From an uncultured Gemmatimonadaceae bacterium (GTDB lineage: Bacteria; Gemmatimonadota; Gemmatimonadetes; Gemmatimonadales; Gemmatimonadaceae), in contig CAWJMB010000002.1 of NCBI GenBank assembly GCA_963843845.1, forward strand, positions 2,848,001 to 2,912,000: a stretch of 64,000 nt of DNA, given 5' to 3'. Positions within the stretch are counted from its first letter, which is position 1. Every line of letters starts with the position of its first letter. Made by a program: the position numbers and the translations under genes. Below, in pieces: positions 1 through 9,486 of the stretch. The notes beneath the pieces were generated by a model, which did no database searches, had not been told where the DNA came from, and saw nothing but the letters and a program-made list of their open reading frames with translations.

Positions 1-622
1 CCCGCTCGTGCTCGTCGTCTCCGCGTTCCTCGGCGGCGTCACGGCGTTCCAGTCGTACTACCAGCTGTTCGCCGGCGTGCAGCTCTCGGTGTTGGGGCTG
101 CTCGTGCGCGGCTCGATCGTGCTCGAGCTCGGGCCGCTGCTCACGGCGCTCGTGCTCTGCGGTCGGGTCGGCGCCCGCATGACGGCGGAGATCGGGACGA
201 TGCGCGTCACCGAGCAGATCGACGCCCTCGAGACGCTCGCCTACGATCCGGTCGCGTTTCTCGCGCTGCCGCGCGTGCTCGCGGCGTTCGTGATGTTCCC
301 CGTCCTCGTCGTCATCGCGAACGCGACGGCGATCGTCGTCGCCTGGATGACGTTGCTCGTCGCGACTCCGGTCACGTCGCAGGACTACGTCACGGGGCTC
401 CGGCTGTCGTTCACGCCGTTCCAGGCGATCTACGGGCTGATCAAGGCGTTCTTCTTCGGCGGCGCGGTCGCGTTCTTCTGCTCGTACGAAGGCTACGTGA
501 CTGGCGCCGGCGCCGAGGGCGTCGGCCGCTCGACGGCGCGCGCCGTCGTCATCGGCTCGATGGCGATTCTCGTGCTCGACGCGGTCATCGCCGCGGCGCT
601 CGCGCAATACGTGAGATCCTGA
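1..622 (+). CDS. mlaE: MlaE-family ABC permease (5' end truncated by window)
   Basis: ELGPLLTALVLCGRVGARMTAEIGTMRVTEQIDALETL and GAEGVGRSTARAVV are MlaE signatures; followed by an MCE-domain gene. Confidence 0.92.
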   Translation, partial: PLVLVVSAFLGGVTAFQSYYQLFAGVQLSVLGLLVRGSIVLELGPLLTALVLCGRVGARMTAEIGTMRVTEQIDALETLAYDPVAFLALPRVLAAFVMFPVLVVIANATAIVVAWMTLLVATPVTSQDYVTGLRLSFTPFQAIYGLIKAFFFGGAVAFFCSYEGYVTGAGAEGVGRSTARAVVIGSMAILVLDAVIAAALAQYVRS

Positions 623-629
623 GGCATAC

Positions 630-1513
630 ATGAAAGGACGCAACGAAGTCCTCGTCGGCGGGCTGCTCATCGTCGCTCTGCTCATCGGCGTCCTCGGCAC
701 GATCTGGCTCGTGCGGGGGGGCTGAGCAGCGGCTACCCACTCTACGCGACGTTCACGTGGGGGCAGAACCTCAAAGTCGGCCAGCCGGTCGTGCTCTCCG
801 GCGTGCCGATCGGCTACGTCGGCGCGGTCGACCTCAAGGACGACGGCCGGCTCATCGTGACGATGGCGATCCAGAAGGGGCGCAACGTGCCGTCGAACGC
901 GAAGGCGGTCGTCGAGCCGGTCGGCATCTTCGGCGACGCGCAGGTCGCGCTGCAAGGCACGCCGAGCCCGCAGGTCTACGAGCGGGGCGACACGGTGCCG
1001 GCCGGGGTGGCCGCTGCCGGCATCGCGGCGCTGACGGCGAAGGCGGACAGCGTGGCGACGGTCGCCGTGACGCTCAGTCGACGCGTGCAGTCCGAGTTCG
1101 TCGACTCGGGCGGGCTGCGCGACATGCGCGTGGCGATCGCGCGCACGAACACGCTCATCGCGCAGATCGCGACGATCGCGAGCGAGCAGTCGCGTCAGCT
1201 CACCCAGACCCAGTCGCAGGTCCGCACCGCGCTGAGCAACGTCGACACGCGCAAGATCGATTCGACGCTCACCAACCTCCGCACGGTGAGCGCGAACGCC
1301 TCGCTGCTCAGCGACTCGCTGCGCTCGACGCTCGCGCAGGTGAACGGCCTCGTCGCGCGCATCCAGGGCGGCCAGGGCACGATCGGCAAGCTCGCCGCCG
1401 ACACCACGCTCTACGTCGACCTCCGCCGCGTGCTGGCGCGCGTCGATTCGCTGACGCTCGACTTCCAGAAGAACCCGGGCAAATACACGCGGGGAATCGT
1501 TCGGATCTTCTGA
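630..1513 (+). CDS. mlaD: MlaD/MCE-family protein, broken by a 1-nt deletion in a G7 run at 715-721
   Basis: ATG at 630 gives MKGRNEVLVGGLLIVALLIGVLG (TM anchor); one added G joins it to the 791-1513 frame (NLKVGQPVVLSGVPIGYV, coiled-coil tail, GQGTIGKL). Confidence 0.88.
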
Positions 1514-1548
1514 TGCGTTCTTGTCTGTTCCTTCTGTCGGAACGAAAC

Positions 1549-1587
1549 GAAGCGCCCCGCACCGATTCGCTCGGTGCGGGGCGCTTC
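1549..1587 (-). terminator. Intrinsic terminator of the TonB-dependent receptor, possibly bidirectional
   Basis: Perfect 17-bp stem GAAGCGCCCCGCACCGA / TCGGTGCGGGGCGCTTC, 5-nt loop, followed on the minus strand by GTTTCGTT; lies between convergent genes. Confidence 0.85.
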
Positions 1588-1616
1588 TACCTCCACGACG
1601 GTCCGACCGCGCTCGC

Positions 1617-4600
1617 TCAGTACGAGTACTTGAACGTCAGCTGCATGCGGTAGACGTTGCCGAGCGAGTTCACGAAGTTCTGGTACGCCCGCGGGTTTCC
1701 GTTGCCGTCCTGCAGGCGCGTGTCGAACTCGTAGCCGATGAGCGACTCGTTGCTGATCGGGCCCGCCGCGCGGTTGCGCGCGATGAGGATCTGCTGCTGC
1801 GGGAACGTCGAGATGATCGTTCCCTTGTTGACGCCCCACTTCTCGTTCAGCAGGTTCGCGAAGTTGAAGACGTCGAGCTGCGCGATGAAGCGGTTGCCGC
1901 GGAACTCCGGCAGCGTCTGCCGCACGCTGACGTTGAACAGGTTCTGCCACGGATTCCGGCAGGTGTTGCGCTCCATGATCCGGCCGCGCTGCTCGTTCAG
2001 ACAGCTGAAGGCCGAGATGAAGCGCTCGTAGCGCTGCGCGGCGGCCGCGTTCGGCTCGTACGGGTTCGTCGTGGCGTTGAACGCCGCTCCCGGGTTGCGG
2101 AGCGTGACGATCCGGATCTCGTTCACGTCCGTCGCGTTGCGCGGGATGTACACCGGGTCGTTCGCGTTGAACCCGTCGCCGTTCAGGTCGCCGTTCACGG
2201 TGTACGTGATCGGCGAGCCGGAGTTGCCGTTGTACTCGAGCGACAGGTCGGTCGGGAACCGCTTCCACGGCGCCGTCACCGAGCCGTAGAACTGCACGCG
2301 GTGGCGCTGCTCGTACGCCGACGTCGTCAGCTCGTCCTCGTCCTGCAGCCCGGAATACTCACGACCGTTGCGCCAGATCGAGATCGCGCGATCGGACGTG
2401 AACGCCTGGACCTCGTAGGCGCGCGTGTACGTGTACGACGTCGTCAGGTCGACGCCGCGCGAGAAGCGCTTCTTGAGCTGCGGGGTGAAGGCGTAGTTGT
2501 ATCCCTTCGACTGGTTCGTGAGCTGGATCGCGCCCTCGCTGAACGCCGCGTTGTTCGTGCCGTTCGTGATGATGGCGCGCTGGCCGCTGTTCACGATCGT
2601 GAGGCTCGTGCCGCCGGACGTGATCGTGTCGGCGTAGAGCACCCGCCCCGTGTTGGTCGTGTACGGGTTGGCGTTCCCGCCGCGCGCGTTCAGCAGATTC
2701 AGGTCGCGGATGCGGATGCCGTTGACGTCGCGGCCGTACAGCGCCTCGCCGGTGAACACCACGCCGCCGGGGAGCAGGTAGTCGACGCCGGCCGACGTCA
2801 CGAAGCGCTGCGGGTACTTGAAGTTCGGGTCGTTCAGATTGACGCCGGCCGTACCGGCCGCGCCGGGCTGTGGTGCCGCCTGCCCCGCGCACGACCGGGG
2901 CAGATTCGACACGTCGGTCGTGAACGCCGGCACGACCGCCGACGCGCAGGTCAACAGCGCCAGCCCGCGCCCGGTGTTCGCGTAGGCGTTGCCGATGAGG
3001 ATGTACGGCGGCTCGCCGGTGTAGATGCCTCCGTTGCCGCGCAGCTGGAGCGACTGGTTGCCGCGCACGTCCCAGTTCATGCCGAGGCGCGGCGAGAAGA
3101 GCGGGCGCGTCTTCGGCGTGCCGGTGGTCGACACCGAGAGCCCCTTCGCCGCGAAGCCCGCCGAGATGTTCGGGTTGTCGGCCGGCGTCGTCGGGAGCCG
3201 CGGCACGTCGACGCGGAGCCCGCCGGTCAGCGTGAAGCGGTTCGTCGGCGCCCACTGATCCTGCACGTAGCCGCTGAAGATCTGCGCGTCGAAGTCGGCG
3301 ACGACGCCGGGGCCGTTCGCGTACGCGACCGAGTAGCTGAGCGGCTGTCCGCGCGCGAGCGAGTCGATGCTCGCGAACTTGTAGGCGCCGTAGCTGCGCT
3401 GCTGGAAGTCGTTCAGGATCGAGGTCAGGCTGATGCGCCCGCCCACGGTGAACGTGTGCGAGTTGAACGGGATCGTCAGGTTGTCGGTCAGCTCGACGAC
3501 GTTCTGCTTCAGCAGGTTCACCGACGAGAACTGCTCGGTGCCGAAGGTGATCTGGCTGTTCGCGCCGTTGACGCCGCGGGTGGACACCGAGATCTCCGGC
3601 GTCGCGAGCGGCGGCGTGCGGACGTCCTCGACGCGGTTGTACGCCGCGCTGAACTCGTTCGCGATCCCGCTCTGCAGATTCGTGAACGCCTGGAAGACGC
3701 TCGAGTAGTTCTTGTTCTCGCGCGGGATGCGGTTGGACGTGAGCCGGATGCCCGTTCCCTGCACGTTCGCGTCGGCGTTGAACGTCGTTCCGTTGCGCGA
3801 GAAGTCCGTCTGCGTCGCCGTGTTGACGAGCTGGCGCAGAACCATCCGGGTGCTGTTGTTCAGCCGGAAGTCGAGGCGCCCGATGAAGTTCGTGAGCGGC
3901 GTCTCGAGCGAGAGCACCTGCGCGGTGCCGGCGTCGATGCCGAGCGTCTGGGCGACGCTGCGCACGCGGTCGATCTGGGCGCGCGTCACGCCGCCGCCGC
4001 CGGTGACGGTGTCGGTGGCCGCGCCGGTCTCGGCGAACGAGGGGCCGGAGTTCGGCTGGTCGCGCTGCTGGAACTCGATCGCGCCGAAGAAGTGCAGCCG
4101 GTCGCGAATGATCGGGCCGCCGAGAAACCCGCCATACTGTTGCTGGCGGAGGTTACCGGTCCGGATGTACGCGGTGTCGCGCGCCAGGCTCGGGTTGCGG
4201 AACGTGTAGGTCGCGCCCGCCGTGAAGTCGTTCGTCCCGCTGCGCGTCACGGCGTTGACGAGCACGCTGGCGAAGTTGCCCTGCCGCACGTCCGTCGGAG
4301 TCAGCGACACCTGCACTTCCTTCACGGCGTCGATCGGCACGATCCGGCCGCCGGCGCCGCCGCCGGGAAGCCCGCCGGTCGAGTTGAGACCGAACCGGTC
4401 GCTCTGATTCGCGCCGTCGATCGTGAACTGGCTGAGGCGCGGATTCGAGCCGGCGGCGCTGAAGCCGCCCGTCTGCGAGGTCACCTGCGGCGTCAGACGC
4501 ACGAGCGACGTGAAGTCGCGGTCGAGGTTCGGGAGCCGCTGCAGGAGCGTGTCACTGATGACGGTCTGCACGCCCTGGCGCGTCGCCGCGAAGTCGGAGC

Positions 4601-4985
4601 CGCCGCTCGCGCTGACCGTCACGGCCGCCAGCGTCGTCGCCTGCGTCGAGATGGCGAGGTTCACCGTCGTCGCCTGCCCGAGCGTGACGACCACTGGCTC
4701 GACCGTGCGCGGCGTGTAGCCGAGCAGCCGGACCGTGACGGCGTAGTTGCGACCGACCTCGAGGTTCTGCACGAAGAAGCGGCCGTTCGACCGCGTCACC
4801 TGCCCGGTCGTGAACCCGGTGGCCCGGTTGACGACCTGCACCTGCGCGTTCTCGAGCGGCGCCCCGTTGTCGCCCGAGACGACGCCGGTGATGCCGCCCG
4901 TGGTGGTCTGCGCATACGTGTTCGACGACGCCGCCGCAGTCAGACACGCCGCGGCGACGGCGAACTTCCAACGATTCATGCTCAT
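1617..4985 (-). CDS. TonB-dependent receptor, Oar-like, with N-terminal carboxypeptidase-regulatory-like domain
   Basis: Signal peptide, AQTTTGGITGVV, plug motif IDGANQSDRFGL...PIDAVKEVQV...VNAVTRSGTN, FSPRLGMNWD, C-terminal QLTFKYSY; 1122 aa. Confidence 0.93.
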   Translation of the reverse strand: MSMNRWKFAVAAACLTAAASSNTYAQTTTGGITGVVSGDNGAPLENAQVQVVNRATGFTTGQVTRSNGRFFVQNLEVGRNYAVTVRLLGYTPRTVEPVVVTLGQATTVNLAISTQATTLAAVTVSASGGSDFAATRQGVQTVISDTLLQRLPNLDRDFTSLVRLTPQVTSQTGGFSAAGSNPRLSQFTIDGANQSDRFGLNSTGGLPGGGAGGRIVPIDAVKEVQVSLTPTDVRQGNFASVLVNAVTRSGTNDFTAGATYTFRNPSLARDTAYIRTGNLRQQQYGGFLGGPIIRDRLHFFGAIEFQQRDQPNSGPSFAETGAATDTVTGGGGVTRAQIDRVRSVAQTLGIDAGTAQVLSLETPLTNFIGRLDFRLNNSTRMVLRQLVNTATQTDFSRNGTTFNADANVQGTGIRLTSNRIPRENKNYSSVFQAFTNLQSGIANEFSAAYNRVEDVRTPPLATPEISVSTRGVNGANSQITFGTEQFSSVNLLKQNVVELTDNLTIPFNSHTFTVGGRISLTSILNDFQQRSYGAYKFASIDSLARGQPLSYSVAYANGPGVVADFDAQIFSGYVQDQWAPTNRFTLTGGLRVDVPRLPTTPADNPNISAGFAAKGLSVSTTGTPKTRPLFSPRLGMNWDVRGNQSLQLRGNGGIYTGEPPYILIGNAYANTGRGLALLTCASAVVPAFTTDVSNLPRSCAGQAAPQPGAAGTAGVNLNDPNFKYPQRFVTSAGVDYLLPGGVVFTGEALYGRDVNGIRIRDLNLLNARGGNANPYTTNTGRVLYADTITSGGTSLTIVNSGQRAIITNGTNNAAFSEGAIQLTNQSKGYNYAFTPQLKKRFSRGVDLTTSYTYTRAYEVQAFTSDRAISIWRNGREYSGLQDEDELTTSAYEQRHRVQFYGSVTAPWKRFPTDLSLEYNGNSGSPITYTVNGDLNGDGFNANDPVYIPRNATDVNEIRIVTLRNPGAAFNATTNPYEPNAAAAQRYERFISAFSCLNEQRGRIMERNTCRNPWQNLFNVSVRQTLPEFRGNRFIAQLDVFNFANLLNEKWGVNKGTIISTFPQQQILIARNRAAGPISNESLIGYEFDTRLQDGNGNPRAYQNFVNSLGNVYRMQLTFKYSY

Positions 4986-5362
4986 GGTGGTCCTTCGGGA
5001 GAGTGCCCTGGGGAGGGAAGACGCGTGCGCGGGCGGGAGCTCGCCCGGACGCGCCGCAGAGAAGCTACCGGCCGTGGCGACGGGCGGTCAACGTGGACCT
5101 CCCCCGACGGTCGAAACGGCTCCGTCACGACGGGCGGACCCGGTCCGGACGTACCGGGTCACCTGCCCGGCGGTATCGTGATGCGCGACGAGTCGGTCCC
5201 CGACCTCGCGTGGGCCCGCGACATCATCGATGGAGAGGCCGGGGCCAGCGTCGGTGACGAACGCCGGGCTGCGCACCACGGCGGCCGGACGTTCACGACG
5301 GTCGGCATGCCTGCCGACACGTCCGGGGACGGTGTCGGTCCCGCCCCGGAGGGCCATCCGAC

Positions 5363-5444
5363 CGGTCGACGGTCGCGCGTCGCGAGCGACCAACGCTCGC
5401 GACGCGTCACGAGCGACGATCGGCGAGCGACGAGTCGGCTCGCC
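5363..5444. repeat. Intergenic inverted repeats with 7-nt periodic units
   Basis: 13-bp perfect stem CGCGTCGCGAGCG/CGCTCGCGACGCG (~5376-5406), second stem GGCGAGC/GCTCGCC (5422-5444); units CGAGCGA-CGATCGG-CGAGCGA-CGAGTCG at 5410-5437. Confidence 0.55.
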
Positions 5445-5504
5445 TACGAACAGCGGTCGAGATGTTCTCCGGGCATCGCGGCCACCCCCCCCCACGCCGC
5501 CGAC

Positions 5505-6876
5505 TCACGCTCGGCGCGCGCCCCTCCGCCCGACGGTCAGGTAGTACACCGGCACCCCCGCCGCGACGATCCCCAGCGTCGCCAGCGTCGCTCCCCGGCT
5601 CGACGGATCGATGATCGCGTTCCCGAGCAGGTAGAGCGTCGCGAGCACGAAGAGAATGGGCACGACCGGATACCCGGGGGTGCGGAACGGCGGCGCCCAG
5701 TCGGCCCGTCGGCGCAGCGTGAACACGCTCGCGACGGCGAGCGCGTAGAACGGCACGATGGCCGTCACGAACTGGTCGGCGAGCTGCTCGAACGTCCGCA
5801 ACATGACGAACGCGACGCCGAGGAGCGCCGTGAGGACGATCGCGACGTACGGGCTGTCGTACTTCGGGTGGACCTTCGCCACCGGGCGGAAGAAGAGCCC
5901 GTCGTCGGCCATCGCGAAGAAGATGCGCGGCGCCGTCATGAGCGTGCCGTTCAGCGTGCCGAACGTCGACAGCATCACCGTCACGGCCACGAAGACGACG
6001 CCCGGCGCCCCGATCAACCGCTGCGCGACGTCGGCCGCGACGAGCTTCGACGCGCGGATCTCGCTGACCGACATCACGCTGAGGTATGCCACGTTCGCCA
6101 GCAGGTAGATCGCGATGACGGCGATCGTGCCGATGATGAGCGCTCTCGGCAGGTTGCGTCGCGGGTTCTCGACCTCGCCGCCGACGAACGAGAGATCCGC
6201 CCAACCGTCGAACGCCCACAGCGCCGAGACGAGAGCGAGACCGAAGGCGCCGACGGCGAAGCTGCCGGGCGGCGTCGCCGGGGTGAAGTTCGCGCCGCCC
6301 GTCCGCGGGAGCCCGAGGGCGAGCGCGAGCATCACGATGAACAGCAGCCCGCCGTACTTCGCGACCGTGGTGACGTTCTGCACGAGCGCCCCGGTCCGCA
6401 CGCCGCGGTAGTTGAACACCGAGGTCGCGAGAATCGCCACGGCCGCGATGTAGTGCACCCACTCGTTGTACGGCGCGACGCTCGGATCGTAGCTTCAGCA
6501 CGCGCAGGAAGTACTCGGCGAACGTGGTCGAGATGGCGCCCAACGACGCGGCCCGAATGACCGCCAGCTCGGCCCAGCCGAACAGGAAGGCGGGGAGGCG
6601 CCCCCAGCCGTCGCGGATGAAGACGTAGAGTCCGCCCGTCTCGGGCCTCGCCCCCGCGATCTCGGCCAGCGTCAGCGCGCCGCAGAGCGCGAACAGCCCG
6701 CCGGTGACCCAGACGGCGAGCATCGGGAGCGGGCCGGGCAGCTTGTCGGCGATGCCGGCAGGGGAGCGGAAGATGCCCGAGCCGATCGTCGAGCCGATGA
6801 GGACGGCGACGGCGCTCCAGAGACCGATGCGGCGGGGGAGCGTACGGGCGGGTTCGGCAGGGGTGGGGGGGGCCAT
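5505..6876 (-). CDS. APC-family amino acid permease, frameshifted near 6493
   Basis: N-half IGSTIGSGIFRSP...AEIAGARPETGGLYVFI in one frame, C-half AFDGWADLSFVGGEVENPRRNLPRA...FRTPGYPVVP in another. Confidence 0.9.
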
Positions 6877-7009
6877 GCGCGGAATCGTACGACGGCGCGC
6901 GGAGGATGAACAGGCCGTGGCGCGCGGCTGTCGGGGGCGTAGGTAACGATCCGGGTTGAGTTTGCGCCACGGGACCGCGACCTTTCGCCGGTTCTCCTCT
7001 CCCGTCTCC

Positions 7010-7303
7010 ATGACTCCGTTCCTCGCCGACGCGATCTTCTGGATCGCCGTCGTTGCATGCGCCGTCGCACAGATCGGCATTCTGCGCGCGACCGTCGCCA
7101 CCCGCGGCGATTCGCCCGCCGACGGTCCGGCCGCCGTCGCCTCGCACCGCGCCTCGACGCGCGCCGAAGAGATGCTGTGGGCCGCGCTGCCCGTGATCGC
7201 GCTCGCCGTCGTGCTCGTGTTGACGTGGCGGGCGCTGCATCCGGCGCCGCTCGCCGGCCCCGCCCTCGTTCCGTCATCGCAGGGCGCCGGAGCGGCCGCA
7301 TGA
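7010..7303 (+). CDS. Small two-TM membrane protein resembling the cytochrome c oxidase subunit II TM hairpin
   Basis: Two hydrophobic helices; second contains EMLWAALPVIAL (compare COX2 EIIWTxxP); stop overlaps ATG of ctaA. Confidence 0.6.
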   Translation: MTPFLADAIFWIAVVACAVAQIGILRATVATRGDSPADGPAAVASHRASTRAEEMLWAALPVIALAVVLVLTWRALHPAPLAGPALVPSSQGAGAAA

Positions 7304-8312
7304 CGCCGCCCCTCCCCCCGCCGCGGTGCGCCGCGCCGCCTACGCGGCGCTCGCCGTGTCGCTCGTCCACATCGTGTTCGGCGCGATCGTCCGCATCTCT
7401 GGCTCGGGGATGGGGTGCGGCGACCACTGGCCGAAGTGCTACGGCTACTGGTTCCCCCCGCTGACCCGGCCGGACCTCATCATCGAGGTCACGCACCGCT
7501 ACCTCGCGGCCGGGCTGTTCGTCGCGATCGCGGCGCTCTTCGCGACCGCGTGGCGTCACCGCGCGGCGCCCGGCGTCTCGGGGCGCGGCGGGCCGCTGCG
7601 CACGGCCGGCCTCGCGGTCGCTCTCTGGTTCGCGCCGGCGGTGTTCGGCGCGGTCACGGTCTATGTCGGCAACGCGCCGTGGGCGACGGTCGTGCACAAG
7701 CTGCTCGCCGCGGCGCTGCTCGCGGTGCTCGCCGTGGCGGTGCTGCGGGCTGGAGGCTTCGGCGCGGCGCGCGCGGTGACGCAGTCGGCGTCGGCGAAGG
7801 CGGCGCGGGGCGCGGGGCTGGCAGCGGGGATGGCACTGATCGCCGTGCTGCTGGGCGGCCTCACCGCGAAGATCCCCGGGGCGGCGGTCGCGTGCGCCGG
7901 CTTTCCGCTCTGCGGCGCGGGATCGCTCGGCGGCGGCGGACAGCACGTGCAGCTCACGCACCGCGTGGTCGCCTACCTGCTGGCGTTCCACCTCGTCGGG
8001 CTCCTCATCGCGGTGTCGCGCCGACGTGAGGCGGGCACCGTCGTCGCCGCGGTCCGTACCGCGTTCGGCGTCGTCGTGCTCCAGATCGGGCTCGGCGCGG
8101 CGATGGTCCTGCTCGCCTTTCCGCCCGTGCTCCGCTCGGCGCACCAGGCGACCGGGATCCTGCTCTGGCTGACGACGTTCACGGCGACCTACCTCGCGCG
8201 CATCGCCGCGGGCGCATCCACGCCGGCGTTCGCGATCCCGCACCGCGCGCGTCCCGACGTGACGACGCCGACCGATCAGCTGCCGGTTCTCGCCGTGGAG
8301 CCAGGGCGATGA
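7300..8312 (+). CDS. ctaA: Heme A synthase (COX15/CtaA); probable 1-nt deletion in C run 7314-7319, otherwise start at GTG 7326
   Basis: GMGCGDHWPKC, EVTHRY, VVHKL, second Cys pair ACAGFPLC, LTHRV, SAHQA; adjacent to ctaB. Confidence 0.9.
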
Positions 8313-9220
8313 CTGGCGTCGCACTGTCGGACGCGGCGCCGCGGCAGCGGTCGCTGGCGAGCGACCTGCTGGCGCTGACGAAGCCGCGCATCATCTCGCT
8401 GCTCCTCGTGACGACGATCGCCCCGATGTTCGTCGCCGGGCGGCCGACGCTGGGGCTCGTGCTGCTCGTGACGCTCGGCGGCTACCTCATGGCGGGGGGC
8501 GCGAACGCGGTCAACATGTACCTCGACCGCGACATCGACGACGTCATGGCGCGCACGCGGCTTCGCCCGATCCCGAGCGGCCGCATGCGCCCGCGCGCGG
8601 TGCTCGCCTTCGGCGTGCTGCTGTCGACGACGGCCACGTGGATGCTCGGCCACTTCGTGAATCTCCCGACGGCGGGGTTGGCGCTCGCCGGCTTCTACTT
8701 CTACGTGTTCGTCTACACGCGCTGGCTCAAGCGCTCGACGCCGCAGAACATCGTGATCGGCGGCGCGGCCGGCGCCTTCCCGCCGCTCGTCGGGTGGGCC
8801 GCGGTCACGGGCGGCGTCGACCTCGCCGCGCTGTACCTGTTCCTCATCGTGTTCTACTGGACGCCGCCGCACTTCTGGGCGCTCGCGCTCATGAAGCAGC
8901 ACGACTACGGCCGCGCCGGCATTCCGATGGCCCCGAACGTCTGGGGGGAGCGCAACACGCTCGACCAGATGCTCTGGTACACCGTCGTGCTGATCGCGCT
9001 GACGGTGCTGCCGGTCGCGTTCGGGGCGTTCGGACTGCTCTACCTCGCGAGCGCCGCCGTGTTGGGCGGGCTGCTGTTGTGGGGCGTGCTGCGCACCCGG
9101 GTCGCGCACCGGCGCGGCACGCCGTGGTCGCAGCCGGCGTGGTGGACGTACAAGTACTCGTTGCTGTATCTCGCGCTGCTGTTCGTCGCGATGGCGGCGG
9201 ACCGCGCGATCGCGCGATGA
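8309..9220 (+). CDS. ctaB: Protoheme IX farnesyltransferase (heme O synthase)
   Basis: LTKPRII, NMYLDRDIDDVMARTRLRPIPSG, YTRWLKRSTPQNIVIGGAAGAFPPLVGW, WTPPHFWAL. Confidence 0.96.
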   Translation: MTGVALSDAAPRQRSLASDLLALTKPRIISLLLVTTIAPMFVAGRPTLGLVLLVTLGGYLMAGGANAVNMYLDRDIDDVMARTRLRPIPSGRMRPRAVLAFGVLLSTTATWMLGHFVNLPTAGLALAGFYFYVFVYTRWLKRSTPQNIVIGGAAGAFPPLVGWAAVTGGVDLAALYLFLIVFYWTPPHFWALALMKQHDYGRAGIPMAPNVWGERNTLDQMLWYTVVLIALTVLPVAFGAFGLLYLASAAVLGGLLLWGVLRTRVAHRRGTPWSQPAWWTYKYSLLYLALLFVAMAADRAIAR

Positions 9221-9486
9221 CCTACGACCCGTCGCCCGTCGGGGAGCGCGACGCGCTCTCCGTGCACGTCGTCGGCAAGCGCGGCGACGCCGAGCGCGTG
9301 TACGTGTTGGGGAAGCCGCGGAACGGCATCGTCGAGGTGCGCGAGATCGTCGGCGGCTGCGCCCCGGTGGAGTACGCGGAGCAGACCGACGTGCTGCGCG
9401 CCCGCTTCGAGAAGCTGGCGCGCGAGCGCCGGCGCATGAACACCGAGCTGCACCTGATTCGCCACTGGCTCGACGGGCTGGCGTGA
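9217..9486 (+). CDS. Hypothetical protein (89 aa)
   Basis: ATGA/GTGA overlaps with both neighbours, GC3-rich codons, non-shadow composition (MTYDPSPV...LIRHWLDGLA). Confidence 0.7.
   Translation: MTYDPSPVGERDALSVHVVGKRGDAERVYVLGKPRNGIVEVREIVGGCAPVEYAEQTDVLRARFEKLARERRRMNTELHLIRHWLDGLA

Noticed and set aside
4986..5504. Cobalamin or TPP riboswitch ahead of the TonB receptor
   Set aside because: No B12-box or TPP consensus segments recognised by eye; an Rfam scan would settle it
1521..6560. 1679-aa plus-strand ORF and many other long Arg/Ala/Gly-rich ORFs (e.g. 32341-35064, 59894-62287, 18773-21115)
   Set aside because: Shadow or antisense frames of real genes; stop codons are rare at this GC; no domain motifs
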